Part shown: positions 39,278 to 51,753 of the stretch, piece by piece
Layout of the letters: each line of letters starts with the position of its first letter
Numbering within the stretch: position 1 is the stretch's first letter
Origin: Malacoraja senta
Lineage: Eukaryota
Reading direction: 5' to 3'
Length of the DNA stretch: 64,000 bases
NCBI GenBank assembly: GCA_038087875.1
Contig: CM075998.1
Location: forward strand, 5,210,001-5,274,000
Notes under the pieces: model-generated
What the model was told of the DNA's origin: nothing
Seen by the model: only the letters and a program-made list of their open reading frames with translations
The model's database searches: none
Translations under genes and position numbers: made by a program

Positions 39278-40544
39278 GTTAGTGGTGCAAATTTGTCCCA
39301 AGGGTTGATGCCCAGTGGACAGAGGCGCGGACTCGTGTCGGAAGGAACTGCAGACGCTGGCTTCCACCGAAGATGGACACAAAATGCTGGAGTAGCTCAG
39401 CAGGACAGGCGGCATCTCTGGAGAGAAGCTATCCTGTCCTGCTGAGCTGCTCCAGCCCTTTGGTGTCTATCCTAGGTGGTAAATCGGGCAGATGTGGACA
39501 AACCTTCTGGTTGGCGTCTGTCGCAGCAACACGGTGATGCAGCAGTAGAGTTGCTGCCTCACAGCGCCAGAGACCCGGGTTCCATCCCGACTACGGGTGC
39601 TGTCTGTACGGAGTTTGCACGTTCTCCCCGTGACCTGCGTGGGTTTACCCCGGTTGCCACGGTTTCCTCCCATGCTATTCCATCACTCAATGGGGAGGGT
39701 GGCACAGTGGTGCAGCTGGTAGTGCCGCTGCCTCACAGCGCCAGAGACCCGGGTTCGATTGGGCACTTTTTCTGTGGAGTTTGCTCGTTCTCCCCATGGG
39801 TTTTCATCGGGTTCTCCGGTTTCCTCCCACATCCCAAAAATATGCGGGTTTGTAGGTTAATCGACTCCCTGTAAATTTCCCCCCTATAGTGCGTAGGGAG
39901 TGGATGAGAAAGTGGGATAACATAGAACTAGTGTGAACGGGCGATCACTGGTCAGCATAGAGCCGGTGGGCTGAAGGGCCTGTTTCCGTGCTGTATCTCT
40001 AAAGCTAAAACTTTATTTTTGTGGCCTGACAAAGTCAAGTGGAATGGGGGCGGGGCGGTGGAGCAGAGTTGCAGCCTCGCAGCGCCAGAGACCCGGGTTC
40101 GATCCCGACTACGGGTGCTGTCTGTACGGAGTTTGCACGTTCTCCCCGTGACCTGCGTGGGTTTTCTCCGAGATCTTCCCTTTCCTCCCACACTCCAAAG
40201 ACGTGCAGGTTTGTAGATTAATTGGCTTGGTGTAAATGTAAATTGTCCCTAGTGTGTGTGTAGGGAAGTGTTAGTGTGCGGGTATCGCCGGTCGGCACGG
40301 ACCCGGTGGGCCGAAGGGCCTGTTTCCACGCTGTATCTCTAAACTAAATTAAAAGAGATGTAGTGTTTACACAAAGGCAGCTAATATTTTGTAAAAAACT
40401 AGCTTGAGATGAGTGACTTGTTTATTCACAAATCAGGTTCTGATGCAATGAGATTTGTTTGCAAATTTCATTGCAATCCTGATGCCCAAATTTGTGAGTT
40501 AAAGTTCCACTTGGAGGTTGGGTTCAGGATGGGTCCGCAGTTCG

Positions 40545-40860
40545 AGTTTAGTTTAGATCAGAGATACAGTGTGGAAACAGGCCCTTCGGCCCACCGAGTC
40601 CGTGCCGACCAGCGATCCCCGCACATTAACACTATCCTACACACACTAGGGACAATTTACATTCACACCAAGCCAGTTAACTTACAAACTGCACATCTTT
40701 GGAGTGTGGGAGGAAACCCGAAGATCTCGGAGGAAACCCACGCAGGTCACGGGGAGAACGTACAAACTCCGCACAGACAGCACCCGGAGTCGGGATGGAA
40801 CCCGGGTCTCTGGCCCTGCAAGCGCTGTAAGTCAGCAACTCTACCGCTGCGCCACCGTTG
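40545..40860 (-). mobile_element. HE1-like V-SINE
   Basis: Reverse-complement match to the SINE consensus. Confidence 0.85.
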
Positions 40861-42464
40861 GGAAGGGTGACTTGGAGATGATAAATATTTGAGTGGTGCG
40901 GTGAAGTGCACAGCATTATACAAGGGAGAGCAGGTCCTAGGAATTGAGAGATGAGACACCAGGTTGTGGTACGGAGGTGGTGAGGGTTGGGGCCTGGACC
41001 TTGGAATATCCTGGGAAGACCTTGGAAGATCCTTGAGGTGGCCGAGAGTTGATGCAGGGATCCCCCAGGAATGAATATGTTATTGACTTCTTGATCAGCA
41101 CAGGGGTCGGTGGGGTTATGGGGAGAAGGCGGGAGAATGGGGTTGAGAGAGAGAGAGAGATAGATGGAATGGCAGAGTAGACTTGATGGGCCGAAAGGCC
41201 TAATTCTGCTCCGAGAACATGTGAACTTAAGACTTGCCAGGTGCTCAACTAAGATGACCTACAGGCAGATGACCTATAGCAAGGTATTTAATGTATTCCT
41301 TCATAGCTTGAGTCTTTACAATGGTGAAGTATTTGTTTTGAAGCTCATAAATGTTTTGTTCTGGAGTAACTCAGCGGATAAGACACTTCATATGTTCATA
41401 TTTTCTCGAAGCAGAAGTAGGCCATTTTGGCCCATCAAGTCTACTCCGCCATTCAATCATGGATGGTCTATCTTTCCCTCTCAACCCCATTCCCCACACG
41501 GAGAGGTGACGTTTTGGGTCAGGGCCTGGACTATGTTTTGTTCTTCTCTTCTACACAGAGGTTGAGAATACTTTTCTAACACCTTCCCTCTAAGCTTGGT
41601 GGGTTCATCTTGTTCCATTCAATGTGCCAGCTTGGGTTATTCGGGTAATGGGCTGGATCTTTCAACCTGGCACGGCAAGTATATTGTGTGGCACGATGCA
41701 AGAAACATTAAGACAGGTACATGGATAGGACAGGTTTGGAGGGATATGGACCAAACGCAGGCAGGTGGGACGAGTGTAGATGGGGCATGTTGGCCGGTGT
41801 GGGCAAGTTGGGCCGAAGGGCCTGTTTCCACGCTGTATCACTCCACATCTCCCGTGTAAGTTAATTCCGACATGTTTACCTGCATGATGCCTGGATCAGG
41901 GGGTATTGAATAGTAAGGAACTGCAGATGCTGGTTGAAACCAAAGATAGACACCAAATGCTGGAGTAACTCAGCGAGACAGGCAGCATCTCTGGAGAGAG
42001 GGAATGGGTGACGTTTCGGGTCGAGACGTCACCCATTCCTTCTATCCAGAGATGCTGAGTTGCTCCAGCATTTGGTGTCGGTCTAAAACCCAAATTACAC
42101 CTTGTAGGACCTCTATTTTAAACAATGAGCAGCTCAGGAGTATGGCTGTATGTATCTTCATCGAAGCACTACCTTAACGCTCGCTGTTCATTACAGAACC
42201 TTTCCAAATCTACAATCCTAAACCACTCATTACATGAAGTTTGCAAAGGAACGGATGTTTGTAATGCACGGGAATAATATTACCCACTCTGTAATAATGA
42301 AGACTCTCATGATAGTCTGCTTTTACATACAGGATAACATGTAGGATACCATTCAGCCCATCGCGCTTATGCTCAGAACAATCCCGTCCGTCCAAACCTC
42401 CCCCTCAATCTGATTTGAAACAAAGATATTAAACTCCAGTGGAACCTTGGCTGCAGAACAGTCA

Positions 42465-43125
42465 GAGAGTCATAGAGTGATACAGCGTGGAAACAGGCCC
42501 TTCGGCCCAACTCGCCCACACCGGCCAACATGTCCCAGCTACGCTAGTCACAGAGTGATACAGGGTGGAAACAGGCCCAACTCGCCCACACCTGCCAACA
42601 TGTCCCAGCTACACTAGTCATAGAGTGATACAGCGTGGAAACAGGCCCAACTCGCCCACACCTGCCAACATGTCCCAGCTACACTTGTCACACAGTGATA
42701 CAGCGTGGAAACAGGCCCAACTCGCCCACACCGGCCAACATGTCCCAGCTACACTAGTCACAGAGTGATACAGCGTGGAAACAGGCCCTTCGGCCCAACT
42801 TGCCCACACCTGCCAACAATGTCCCATCTACACTAGTCCCACAAGCCAGCGTTTGGCCCATATCCCTCCAACCTGTCCTATCCATGTACCTGTCCAACTA
42901 TTTCTTAAATGTTGGGATAGTCCCAGCCTCAACTACCTCCTCTGGCAGCTCGTTCCATACACCCACCACCCTCTGTGTGGAAAGGTTACCCCTCAGATTC
43001 CTAATAAATCTTTTCCCCTTCACCTTAAACCTACGTCCTCTGGTCCTCGATTCCCCTACTCTGGGCAAGAGACTCCGTGCATCTACCCGATCTATTCCTC
43101 TCATGATTTTATACACCTCTATAAG
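42465..43125 (-). mobile_element. CR1/HER1 fragment whose 3' tail is tandemly amplified (five ~60-70-bp units, 42470-42840)
   Basis: Repeated gagtgatacagcgtggaaacaggcccaactcgcccacac...tcccagctacactagtca; ORF 42898..43116. Confidence 0.85.
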
Positions 43126-43258
43126 ATTCTATACAATTAGGACAAATAGTTACCACCACTCAGTCAACTTTGATCAAATGCTTTTCACCCAACAAACAGT
43201 TTGCGTATCTTTTATTCGTTGTTCTTTTATCTCTCAACATCATCGTCTATATCTCTCG

Positions 43259-43742
43259 ATTCACCAGACTGATTCCTGGGATGTCAGGACTTTCATATGA
43301 AGAAAGACTGGATAGACTCGGCTTGTACTCGCTGGAATTTAGAAGACTGATGGGGGATCTTATAGAAACGTACAAAATTCTTAAGGGGTTGGACAGGCTA
43401 GATGCAGGAAGATTGTTCCCGATGTTGGGGGAGTCCAGAACAAGGGGTCACAGTTTAAGGATAAGGGGGAAGTCTTTTAGGACTGAGATGAGAAAAAAAA
43501 ATGTACACACAGAGTGGTGAATCTGTGGAACTCTCTGCCACAGAATGTAGTTGAGGCCAGTTCATTGGCTATATTTAAGAGGGAGTTAGATGTGGCCCTT
43601 GTAGCTAAAGGGATCAGGGGGTATGGAGAGAAAGCAGGTACAGGATACTGAGTTGGATGATCAGCCATGATCACATTGAATGGCGGTGCAGGCTCGAAGG
43701 GCCGAATGGCCTACTCCTGCACCTATTTTCTATGTTTCTATG
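43259..43742 (+). mobile_element. CR1-like LINE fragment nested in a Penelope pLTR
   Basis: ORF 43170..43520. PLE sequence lies at 43200-43258 and resumes at 43745. Confidence 0.8.
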
Positions 43743-43850
43743 ATTCCCTCATCCCTAACTGAAGAAGGCTCTTGACCCGAAACGTCACCCATTCCTTCTC
43801 TCCGGAGATGCTGCCTGTCCTGCTGAGTTACCCCAGCTTATTGTGTTTAC

Positions 43851-44059
43851 CGGGCCTGTCCCACTTGGGCGTCATTTGCGCGTCACGCAGGTGGCGCGCG
43901 CAGATTTTGTGAATCCCCAAAATCCTGGGTCGCCGCTCGCGACCACGCGTCACTGCCTACGTCACCACGCACCATGCGCACGTAATGCGTCTTGCGTCGT
44001 GACGCGTAAATGATGTCGCATAAATGACGCGCAAATGACGCCCAAGTGGGACAGGCCCT
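43851..44059. mobile_element. PIF/Harbinger-like MITE
   Basis: 34-bp perfect TIR gggcctgtcccacttgggcgtcatttgcgcgtca; 3-bp TSD TAC. Confidence 0.8.
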
Positions 44060-44074
44060 TACCTTGATCTTTGC

Positions 44075-44582
44075 AATTCTTGCTATTGAGGGAGTGCAGC
44101 GTAGGTTTACAAGGTTAATTCCCGGGATGGCGGGACTGTCATATGCTGAGAGAATGGAGCGGCTGGGCTTGTACACTCTGGAGTTTAGAAGGATGAGAGG
44201 GAATCTCATTGAAACATATAAGATTGTTAAGGGTTTGGACACGCTGGAGGCAGGAAACATGTTCCCGATGTTGGGGGAGTCCAGAACCAGGGGCCACACA
44301 CAGTTTAAGAATAAGGAGTAAGCCATTTAGAACGGAGACGAGGAAACACTTTTTCTCACAGAGAGTGGTGAGTCTGTGAAATTCTCTGCCTCAGAGGGCG
44401 GTGGAGGCAGGTTCTCTGGATGCTTTCAAGAGAGAGCTAGATAGGGCTCTTAAAGATAGCAGAGTCAGGGGATATGGGGAGAAGGCAGGAACGGGGTACT
44501 GATTGGGAAGATCAGCCATGATCACTTTGAGTGGCGGTGCTGGCTCAAAGGGCCAAATGGCCTACTCCTGCACCTATTGTCT
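44075..44582 (+). mobile_element. CR1-like LINE 3' fragment
   Basis: ORF 44046..44321. Confidence 0.85.
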
Positions 44583-45699
44583 AGCAGCCCGGCCTTGTCA
44601 ACCAATCTTGCAATCTTGTCATTTTACCGCTGTGGGTAGATGCACAATGTTAGGGAGGCCATTTTATATTGTTGTTTGAGAAGGAGCTGCAGATGCTGGA
44701 AATATCAAAGGTAGACAAAAATGCTGGAGAAACTCAGCGGGTGCGGCAGCATCATGGAGCGAAGGAAATAGGTGACGTTTTCGGGTCGTCTCGACCCGAA
44801 ACGTCACCTATTTCCTTCGCTCCATAGATGCTGCCTCACCCCGCTGAGTTTCTCCAGCATTTTTATCAACATTTTATATTGAGGCCAGATCTCAAAGTTA
44901 TTTTGTCTTAGCGTGCCATATGTCTAAAGCGCTTACGTATGGCTAAGATCTGGGATAAATTAACAGCCTACTTGGAAAAACAATTAAAATAGCAACATTT
45001 AAGATCACTGTCAGACAAGAAATATTGATGAGCGTTTGAAGGAACCTTGCTTCCATTTTGTGGACTTTTGTTTACACGGACATCAGCTTTCTGAATGGTC
45101 CTTCCACAAGCTAGGGTACTGTCCGATTCACCCCATAAGGTCACAAGGGATAGGAGTAGAACTAGGCCATTCGGCCCATCAAGTCTACTCTGCCGTTCAA
45201 TCATGGCTGATCTATCTCTCCCTCCCAACCCCATTCTCCAGCCTTCTCCCATAACCCCTGACACCCGCACTAATCAAGAATCTATCTATCTCCGGCTTAA
45301 ATATATCCACTGACTTGGCCTCCAAAGCCTTCCCAGTGCGCCAGTTCGAAGGGCAGCACGGTGGTGCAGCGGTAGGTTGCTGCCTTACAGCAGCAGAGGC
45401 CTGGGTTCGATCCTGACTACGGGTGCTGTCTGTACGGAGTTTCCGGGTGATCCGGTTTCCTCCCACACTCTAAAGACGTGCAGGTTTGTAGGTTAATTGG
45501 CTTGGTATAATGTACATTGTCCCTAGTGTGCGTGCAGGATAGCGTTAATGTGCGGGGATCGCTGGTCGGCGCTGACCCGGTGGGCCGAAGGGCCTGTTTC
45601 TGCGCTGTATCTCTAAACTAAACTAAACCATGGGCACGATCTTGGTCCTGATGCATCCAATATCTGTCTGGGCAAGTGACACGTGCTTCTATGAACATT

Positions 45700-46040
45700 G
45701 ATGTCCCTAACTTCAAGTAACCCCTGCATTCCCTCTCTCTCCGTCCCTCCCACCCAAGTCACACCAGCTTCTCGTTCTCACCTAGCAAACAGCTAACAAT
45801 GGCCTGTTTCCTTTATCATCGTCACTTTTTTGCATATCTCTCATTCCTGTTCTACATCTCTCCACATCACCGTCTATATCTCTCGTTTCCCTCTCCCCTG
45901 ACTCTCACTGAAGAAGGGTCTTGACCCGAAACGTCACCCATTCCTTCTCTCCAGAGATGCTGCCTGTCCTGCTGAGTTACTCCCAGCACTTTATGTCTGT
46001 CGTCGGTTTAAACCAGCGTCTGCAGTTTCTTCCCACACCT
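45700..46040 (+). mobile_element. Penelope pLTR copy with hammerhead-like core near 45908
   Basis: Matches 22610-22945. Confidence 0.8.
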
Positions 46041-46894
46041 GTGCTTCATAATTGAATTAACCTGAAGCTTAACATAGCCAGTTCGATCTACAATAAAATA
46101 AAGAAATTGTATTATTCCAGTCAATGCATATTGGCGTTTCATTCACTTACAAATATCAGTAAAACATTGAAAATGGCAAGAATGATTGTTTCGTCAGCTA
46201 ACGGAATCTATTTCTGGTGTAAAAAATCACGTTAAGTTGAATGGTTATAGACCCCAGAATCTTATTTCGGCTTCGCTTTTCACAGATAGATACTTGCCAG
46301 CCTGCTAAGTAGACTTTAGACTTTAAAACTTAGAGATACAGCCTGGAAACAGCCATTCGGCCCACTGGGTCCGTGTCGACCAGCGATCCCCGCACACCAA
46401 CACTATCCTACACACACTCGGGACAATTTACAATTTTATTGAAGCCAATTAAACCTACAAACCTGCACGTCTTTGGAGTGTGGGATGAAACCGGTGCAAC
46501 CCGGTGAAAACCCACACAGGGTCAGGGAGAACGTGCAAATTCCGTACAGACAGCACCCGTAGTTGGGATGGAACCCGGGTCTCTGGCGCTGTGAGGCAGC
46601 AACTCTACCGCTGCAACACGGTGCCGACTGTATTTCTAGCAGTTTCTGTTATTGGAATATAATATATTATTGACGCATGTCATCCATTACATGCAGCTCA
46701 TTTCTTGGGCTGCAACAGTTATACAACGTGGTGTGAATCTTTAGCCATTCTAACTTGTCTAATGACGGCGTCCATTTTAATTTGGAAAGTTTTCAACTCT
46801 CTGTAATGAGGTATGAGCAGGTTTCAAGCATTCGGATCGATACTGGAGGAACAACAAATCAAATGATATCATATTTAAAAATAAGTTGAAACAA

Positions 46895-47935
46895 CATGGT
46901 GGGGCAGCGGTAGAGTTGCTGCCTCACAGCGCCAGAGACCCGGGTTCCATCCTGACTACGGGTGCTGTCTGTACGGAGTTTGTACCTTCTCCCCGTGACC
47001 TGCGTGGGTTTTCTCCGGGTGCTCCTGCTTCCTCCCACACTCCAAAGACGTACAGGTTTGTAGGTTAATTGGCTTGGTTAGAAATGTAAATTGTCCCTAG
47101 TGTGTGTAGGATAGTGTTAGTTTGCGGGATCGCTGGTCGGCGCGGACCCGGTGGGCCGAAGGCCTGTCTCTGTGCCCTATCTCTAAACTAAACAGCAAAA
47201 CTTGTTGCTTCAGTTTCAGAAGGTTCATGTCTCTCTCTGGAAGACCAGAGTCAATCCTGACCCTCCCACTGTAATTTGGTAGAACTGTTGCCTCAGTTAC
47301 CGGCGGCAAGATGGTGCAGCGGTAGAGTTGCTGCCTCACAGCGCCAGAGACCCGGGTCTCCATCCTGACTACGGGTGCTGCTGTACGGAGTTTGTACCTT
47401 TTCCCCGTGATCTGCGTGGATTTCTCCGGATCTTCGGTTTCATCCCACACGCCAAAAAAAGTGCAGGTTTGTCAGTTAAGTGCCTTGGTGTAAGTGTAAA
47501 TTGTCCCTGGTGCTGTGTGCGGGGATCGCTGATCGTTGCGCGACTTGGTGGGCCGAAGGGCCTGTTTCCACGTTTGTATCTCGAAACTAAAGTTAAGGCA
47601 CCGCGGTAAGACTAAGATCTCACAGGATGATTTTGGGCGTCACGGTGGCGCAGCGGTGGAGTTGCTGCCTCGCAGCGCCAGACACCCGGGTTGATCCTGA
47701 CCTCTGGTGCTGTCTGTGTTGAGTTGTACGTTCTCCTTGTGACCTCGTGGTTTTCTCTGGTGCTCCGGTTTCCTCCCACACTCCAAAAGGACGTGTGGAT
47801 GTGTCGGCCCTCTGTAAATTACCCCCTAGTGTGTAGGGAGCGGATGAAAAAATGGATAACACAGAACTGGTGTGAACGAGCGGTCGGCGTGCACCCGATG
47901 GGCTGAAGGGCCTGTTTCCATGCTGGATCTTTCAA
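46895..47935 (+). mobile_element. Cluster of three tandem HE1-like SINEs
   Basis: Heads near 46895, 47308 and 47640. Confidence 0.8.
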
Positions 47936-48459
47936 TGAATCAAATGAGCCTTCATGGTCACTTGTGGTGTTGTTGCTAGATAGCCCCACTTTTGTTAAAT
48001 TTAATCTGTAATGAGATTTAGTTTAATGAGATTTAGTTTAGTTTAGTTGAGTTTAGAGATACAGCACAGAAACAGGCCCTTCGGCCCACCGAGTCCGCGC
48101 TGACCAGCGATCCTCCGCACATTAACACTATCTCACCACACACTAGGGACAATTTACACTTATACCATAAACCTACAAACCTGTACGTCTTTGGAGTGCG
48201 GGAGGGAACCGAAGATCTCGGAGAAAACCCACGCAGGACCGAAGAACGGCAAACTCCGTACAGACAGCACCCGTAGTCGGGATGGAACCCGGGTCTCCGG
48301 CGCTGGAGTTTAGAAGAATGAGGGGGGGACCTCATTGAAAATACAGAATAGTGAATGGCCTGGATGGAGTGGATGTGGAGAGGATGTTTCCACTAGTGGA
48401 GAGTCTAGGACCAGAGGGCACAGCCTCAGAATTAAAGGACGTTCCTTTAAGGGCCTTTA

Positions 48460-48779
48460 AGGGCCTGTCCCACTGTACGAGCTAATTCAAGAGCTCTCCC
48501 AGAGTTTAAAAAAAATCAAACTCGTGGTAAGCACGGGAGAATGAACGTAGCGGGTACGTCGGAGCTCGGGAACGTCTCTTGGCGGCTCGTTACGCTAACG
48601 CCAGGTACTCGGGAAACGCGGTAAGCTCGTGAAGACTCGTGAAGATTTTTCAACATGTTGAAAAATGTCCACGAGAGCCCCGAGTACCTACGAGCGGCCA
48701 TTACCGTAAATCTCCGAGTTCGAATCAGGGGAAACCGCGGAGAACTCTTTGAATTGGCTCGTACAGTGGGACAGGCCCT
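48460..48779. mobile_element. PIF/Harbinger-like MITE inserted in a CR1 fragment
   Basis: TIR agggcctgtcccactgtacgagc / gctcgtacagtgggacaggccct; TTA TSD; the CR1 sequence cctttaggaagg is interrupted. Confidence 0.82.
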
Positions 48780-49060
48780 TTAGGAAGGAGAAGAGTGAGG
48801 AATTTCTTTAGCCAGAGGGTGGTGAATCTGTGAAATTCTTTGCCACAGACGGCTGTGGAGGCCAAGCTCAGTGGGTATCTTAAAGCGGACATTGACAGAT
48901 TCTTGATTGGTACGGGTGTCAGGGGTATGGGGAGAGCGGCAGGAGAACGGGCCACGTCAGCCATGATTGAATGGCGGAGTAGACGCGATGGGCCTGATTC
49001 TGCTCTTGTGGTCTTGCGGTCCTAACGCTTAAACAATATAAAACATTGTGTAAATGATTA

Positions 49061-49300
49061 AAGGGCCGTCCCACTTATGTGATTTATTTCAGCGACTTGC
49101 CGGCACCTGTCATGGCCGCAGCAGGTGGCCGAAAATGTTCAACAGTTGAAAATCCAGCGGTGACCAGAAAAAGGTACGACTCTTTGGGCGACTACTCACG
49201 GCCATACAGGCGTCACCCCGCGACATGTCGACACGTGACGCCTGTATGGTGGTGAGTAGTCGCCAAAAGAGTCGTATCTTTTTCCGGTCGCCCTGGGTTT
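49061..49300. mobile_element. Truncated related MITE with an internal hairpin
   Basis: aagggccgtcccact terminus; inverted arms at about 49160-49200 / 49252-49295. Confidence 0.55.
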
Positions 49301-49434
49301 TGTGGTGGGAGTCTTTTGTCGGAAGGGTTCCGAAAGGAAAGGTCACCCTTCCGATTTGAGTGATGATGTTCCTGCTGTTGCTTTGCCCGGGCGCGACACG
49401 TTCGTCGAGCGCTGACCTGTGCGTTCCTCCACAG

Positions 49435-49710
49435 ATGGCGGCGGCCGCGGCCACCTCTGCGGGACGGTCTCGGAGGACGCGCTGGACGAGGAGGAGGAGG
49501 GCCAGATGTCGCAAAGCTCGTCGGAGCTGTCCAAGCTCAGCTCCAAGAGCGAAGGAGAGGAGAAACAGGCGGAGGAAACGAAGCAAACCAGGGGCCACTC
49601 GGAGGGGAGGAGAAAGGAGACCATGAAAAATCTTAAAGTCGGAATCTGAGAATGGAATCAGTAAACGGGCCCGACATTTAACCCACGGAATGAAATACCC
49701 CATGAATCAG
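49435..49710 (+). CDS. scn8a: Nav coding exon 10, loop L1 ([50 protein letters not shown]...KSESENG...MNQ), broken by several small deletions
   Basis: ctccacag acceptor and CAG/GTACAA donor at 49711. Nav1.6-like peptide blocks are spread over several frames (ORFs 49360 and 49419). Confidence 0.85.
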
Positions 49711-50074
49711 GTACAACCTCTTCCTCTCGTTTCCATTGTTAAGTCGCAAGTGAATCTTTTCACTTTTTCTTTTCTTTTCTTTTCTTTTCTTGCTTTCTCT
49801 TTTTCCCCTTTTTTTTCATTTTCACAATTTAGGTTATACGGTTAAAAAATGAAACTGCACAATAATTGTATAATTCTAGATGCCGGACGTTTTATCTTTG
49901 TACAATTGCTTCTACTAAAATAAAAATTAAAATTAAAAAAGTCGCAACATACTATTGAGACTAATTTAAAGCAGTAAACATTGTTCCACCATCTAAATGA
50001 AGGTCCTTCATTGCAATGGATCATGGGGTCCATCTTGCTCAATTGCACTGAAAATTCACATCCTGTTAGTTTCA

Positions 50075-50535
50075 GTTGAGTTTGTTGTCACGTGTACCGA
50101 GGTACAGTGAAAAGCTTTCTGCTGCGTGCTATCCACTCAGCAGAAAGACAATACATGATTACAATCGAGCCCCGCCAATGGGTTCATTGCAAGGTTATGG
50201 CCAGTAAAGTCCGATTCAAGATAGTCCGAGGGTCTCCAGTGAGGTGGATGGGAGGTCAGGACCGCTCTCTAGTTGGTGAGAGGACGGTTCAGTTGCCTGA
50301 TAACAGCCGGGAAGAAACTGCCCCTGAATCATCTGGAGGTGTGTGTGCGTTTGCTTTCACACTTCTGTACCTCTTGCCCGATGGGAGAGGGGAGAAGAGG
50401 GAGTGGCCGGGGGTGAGACTGGTCCTTGATGATGCTGCTGGCCTTGCCGGGGCAGCGTGAGGTACAGATGGAAGGGAGGTTGGTTTGCGTGACGGTCTGG
50501 GCTGCGTCCACAACTCTCTGCGATTTCTTGCGGCC
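50075..50535 (-). mobile_element. Rex1/Babar-like LINE 3' fragment
   Basis: ASSIIKDQSHP and HSLFSPLPSGKRYRS peptides. Confidence 0.65.
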
Positions 50536-51753
50536 TTGGATGGAGCCAAAAAATGAAGATAAATTCACCAATTTAATGGATGAACTAATTACAAAACACA
50601 TTGATGTTGTCACATCTGAACACCCTGTGAAAATCCCTCAGCAGGAGCGAGGTTAGCATGGTTAAACTCTAACGCTGAAGAGTGGTCATTTCTGCTGTGG
50701 AAGTCACATTAGCCTTCACTTTCCTGTCTTTGAGTTTTATTTCCTTATACTCGAAGATCACCCTTCACCCCTCATCCTCCTGCGCTCCAAGGAATCAAGT
50801 CCGATCATGCCCAACCTCTCCCTGTAGCCCAGGCCTGCATCATACTCATTTGTTGAGCCTTTGGCAGATAAAGACTTCTGTATTTGTTGCAAGACTGTAA
50901 TAGATTGCCTGAGTTGATCAGTGACCTGACTGATCATTAGATGTTATTGATCATGGCACCCATCCAATGATCTGCTTGAGATAGGTCACTCATTGCACAG
51001 GGAATTGAAGCCTGGTGTCATAGAGCACTGAAACAGGCCCTTTGGCCCAACTTGCCCATGCCAACCAAGATGCCCCATCTACTCTAGTCCCACCTGCCCA
51101 CGTTTGGTCCATATCCCTCCAAACCTTTCCTATCCATGTACCTGTCCGAATGCTTTTCAAATGTTGTGATAGTCCCAGCCTCAACTACCTCCTCTGGCAG
51201 CTCGTTCCATACACCCACCACCCTCTGTGTGAAAAAGTTACCCCTCAGGTTCCTATTAAATCTTTCCCCCCTCACCTTAAACCTATGTCCTCTGGTCCTC
51301 GATTCCCCTACTCCAGGTAAAAGACTCTGTGCGTCTACCCTATCTATTCCCCTCATGATTTTACACACCTCGATAAGATCACCCTCATCCTCCTGCGCTC
51401 CAAGGAATAAAGTCCTAACATGCCCAACCTCTCCCTGTAGCTCAGGCCTTCAAGTCCTGGCAACATCCTCGTAAATTTTCCAGCTTGACGACATCTGGAA
51501 GCCTATTTGGGGGGTGGCTATGGGGAAACAGAAGGATCTGTTTCCATTCGGTATCTTTAAAAATTAAATAACGGACTTCCCTTCCGCCTGCCGCCTCATT
51601 GCACGGTGGCGCAGCGGTAGAGTTGCTGCCTCACAGCGCCAGAGACCCGGGTTCCATCCTGACTACGGGTGCTGTCTGTACGGAGTTTGTACGTTCTCCC
51701 GTGACCTGCGTGGGTTTTCTCTGGGTGCTCCGGTTTCCTCCCACACTCCAAAG

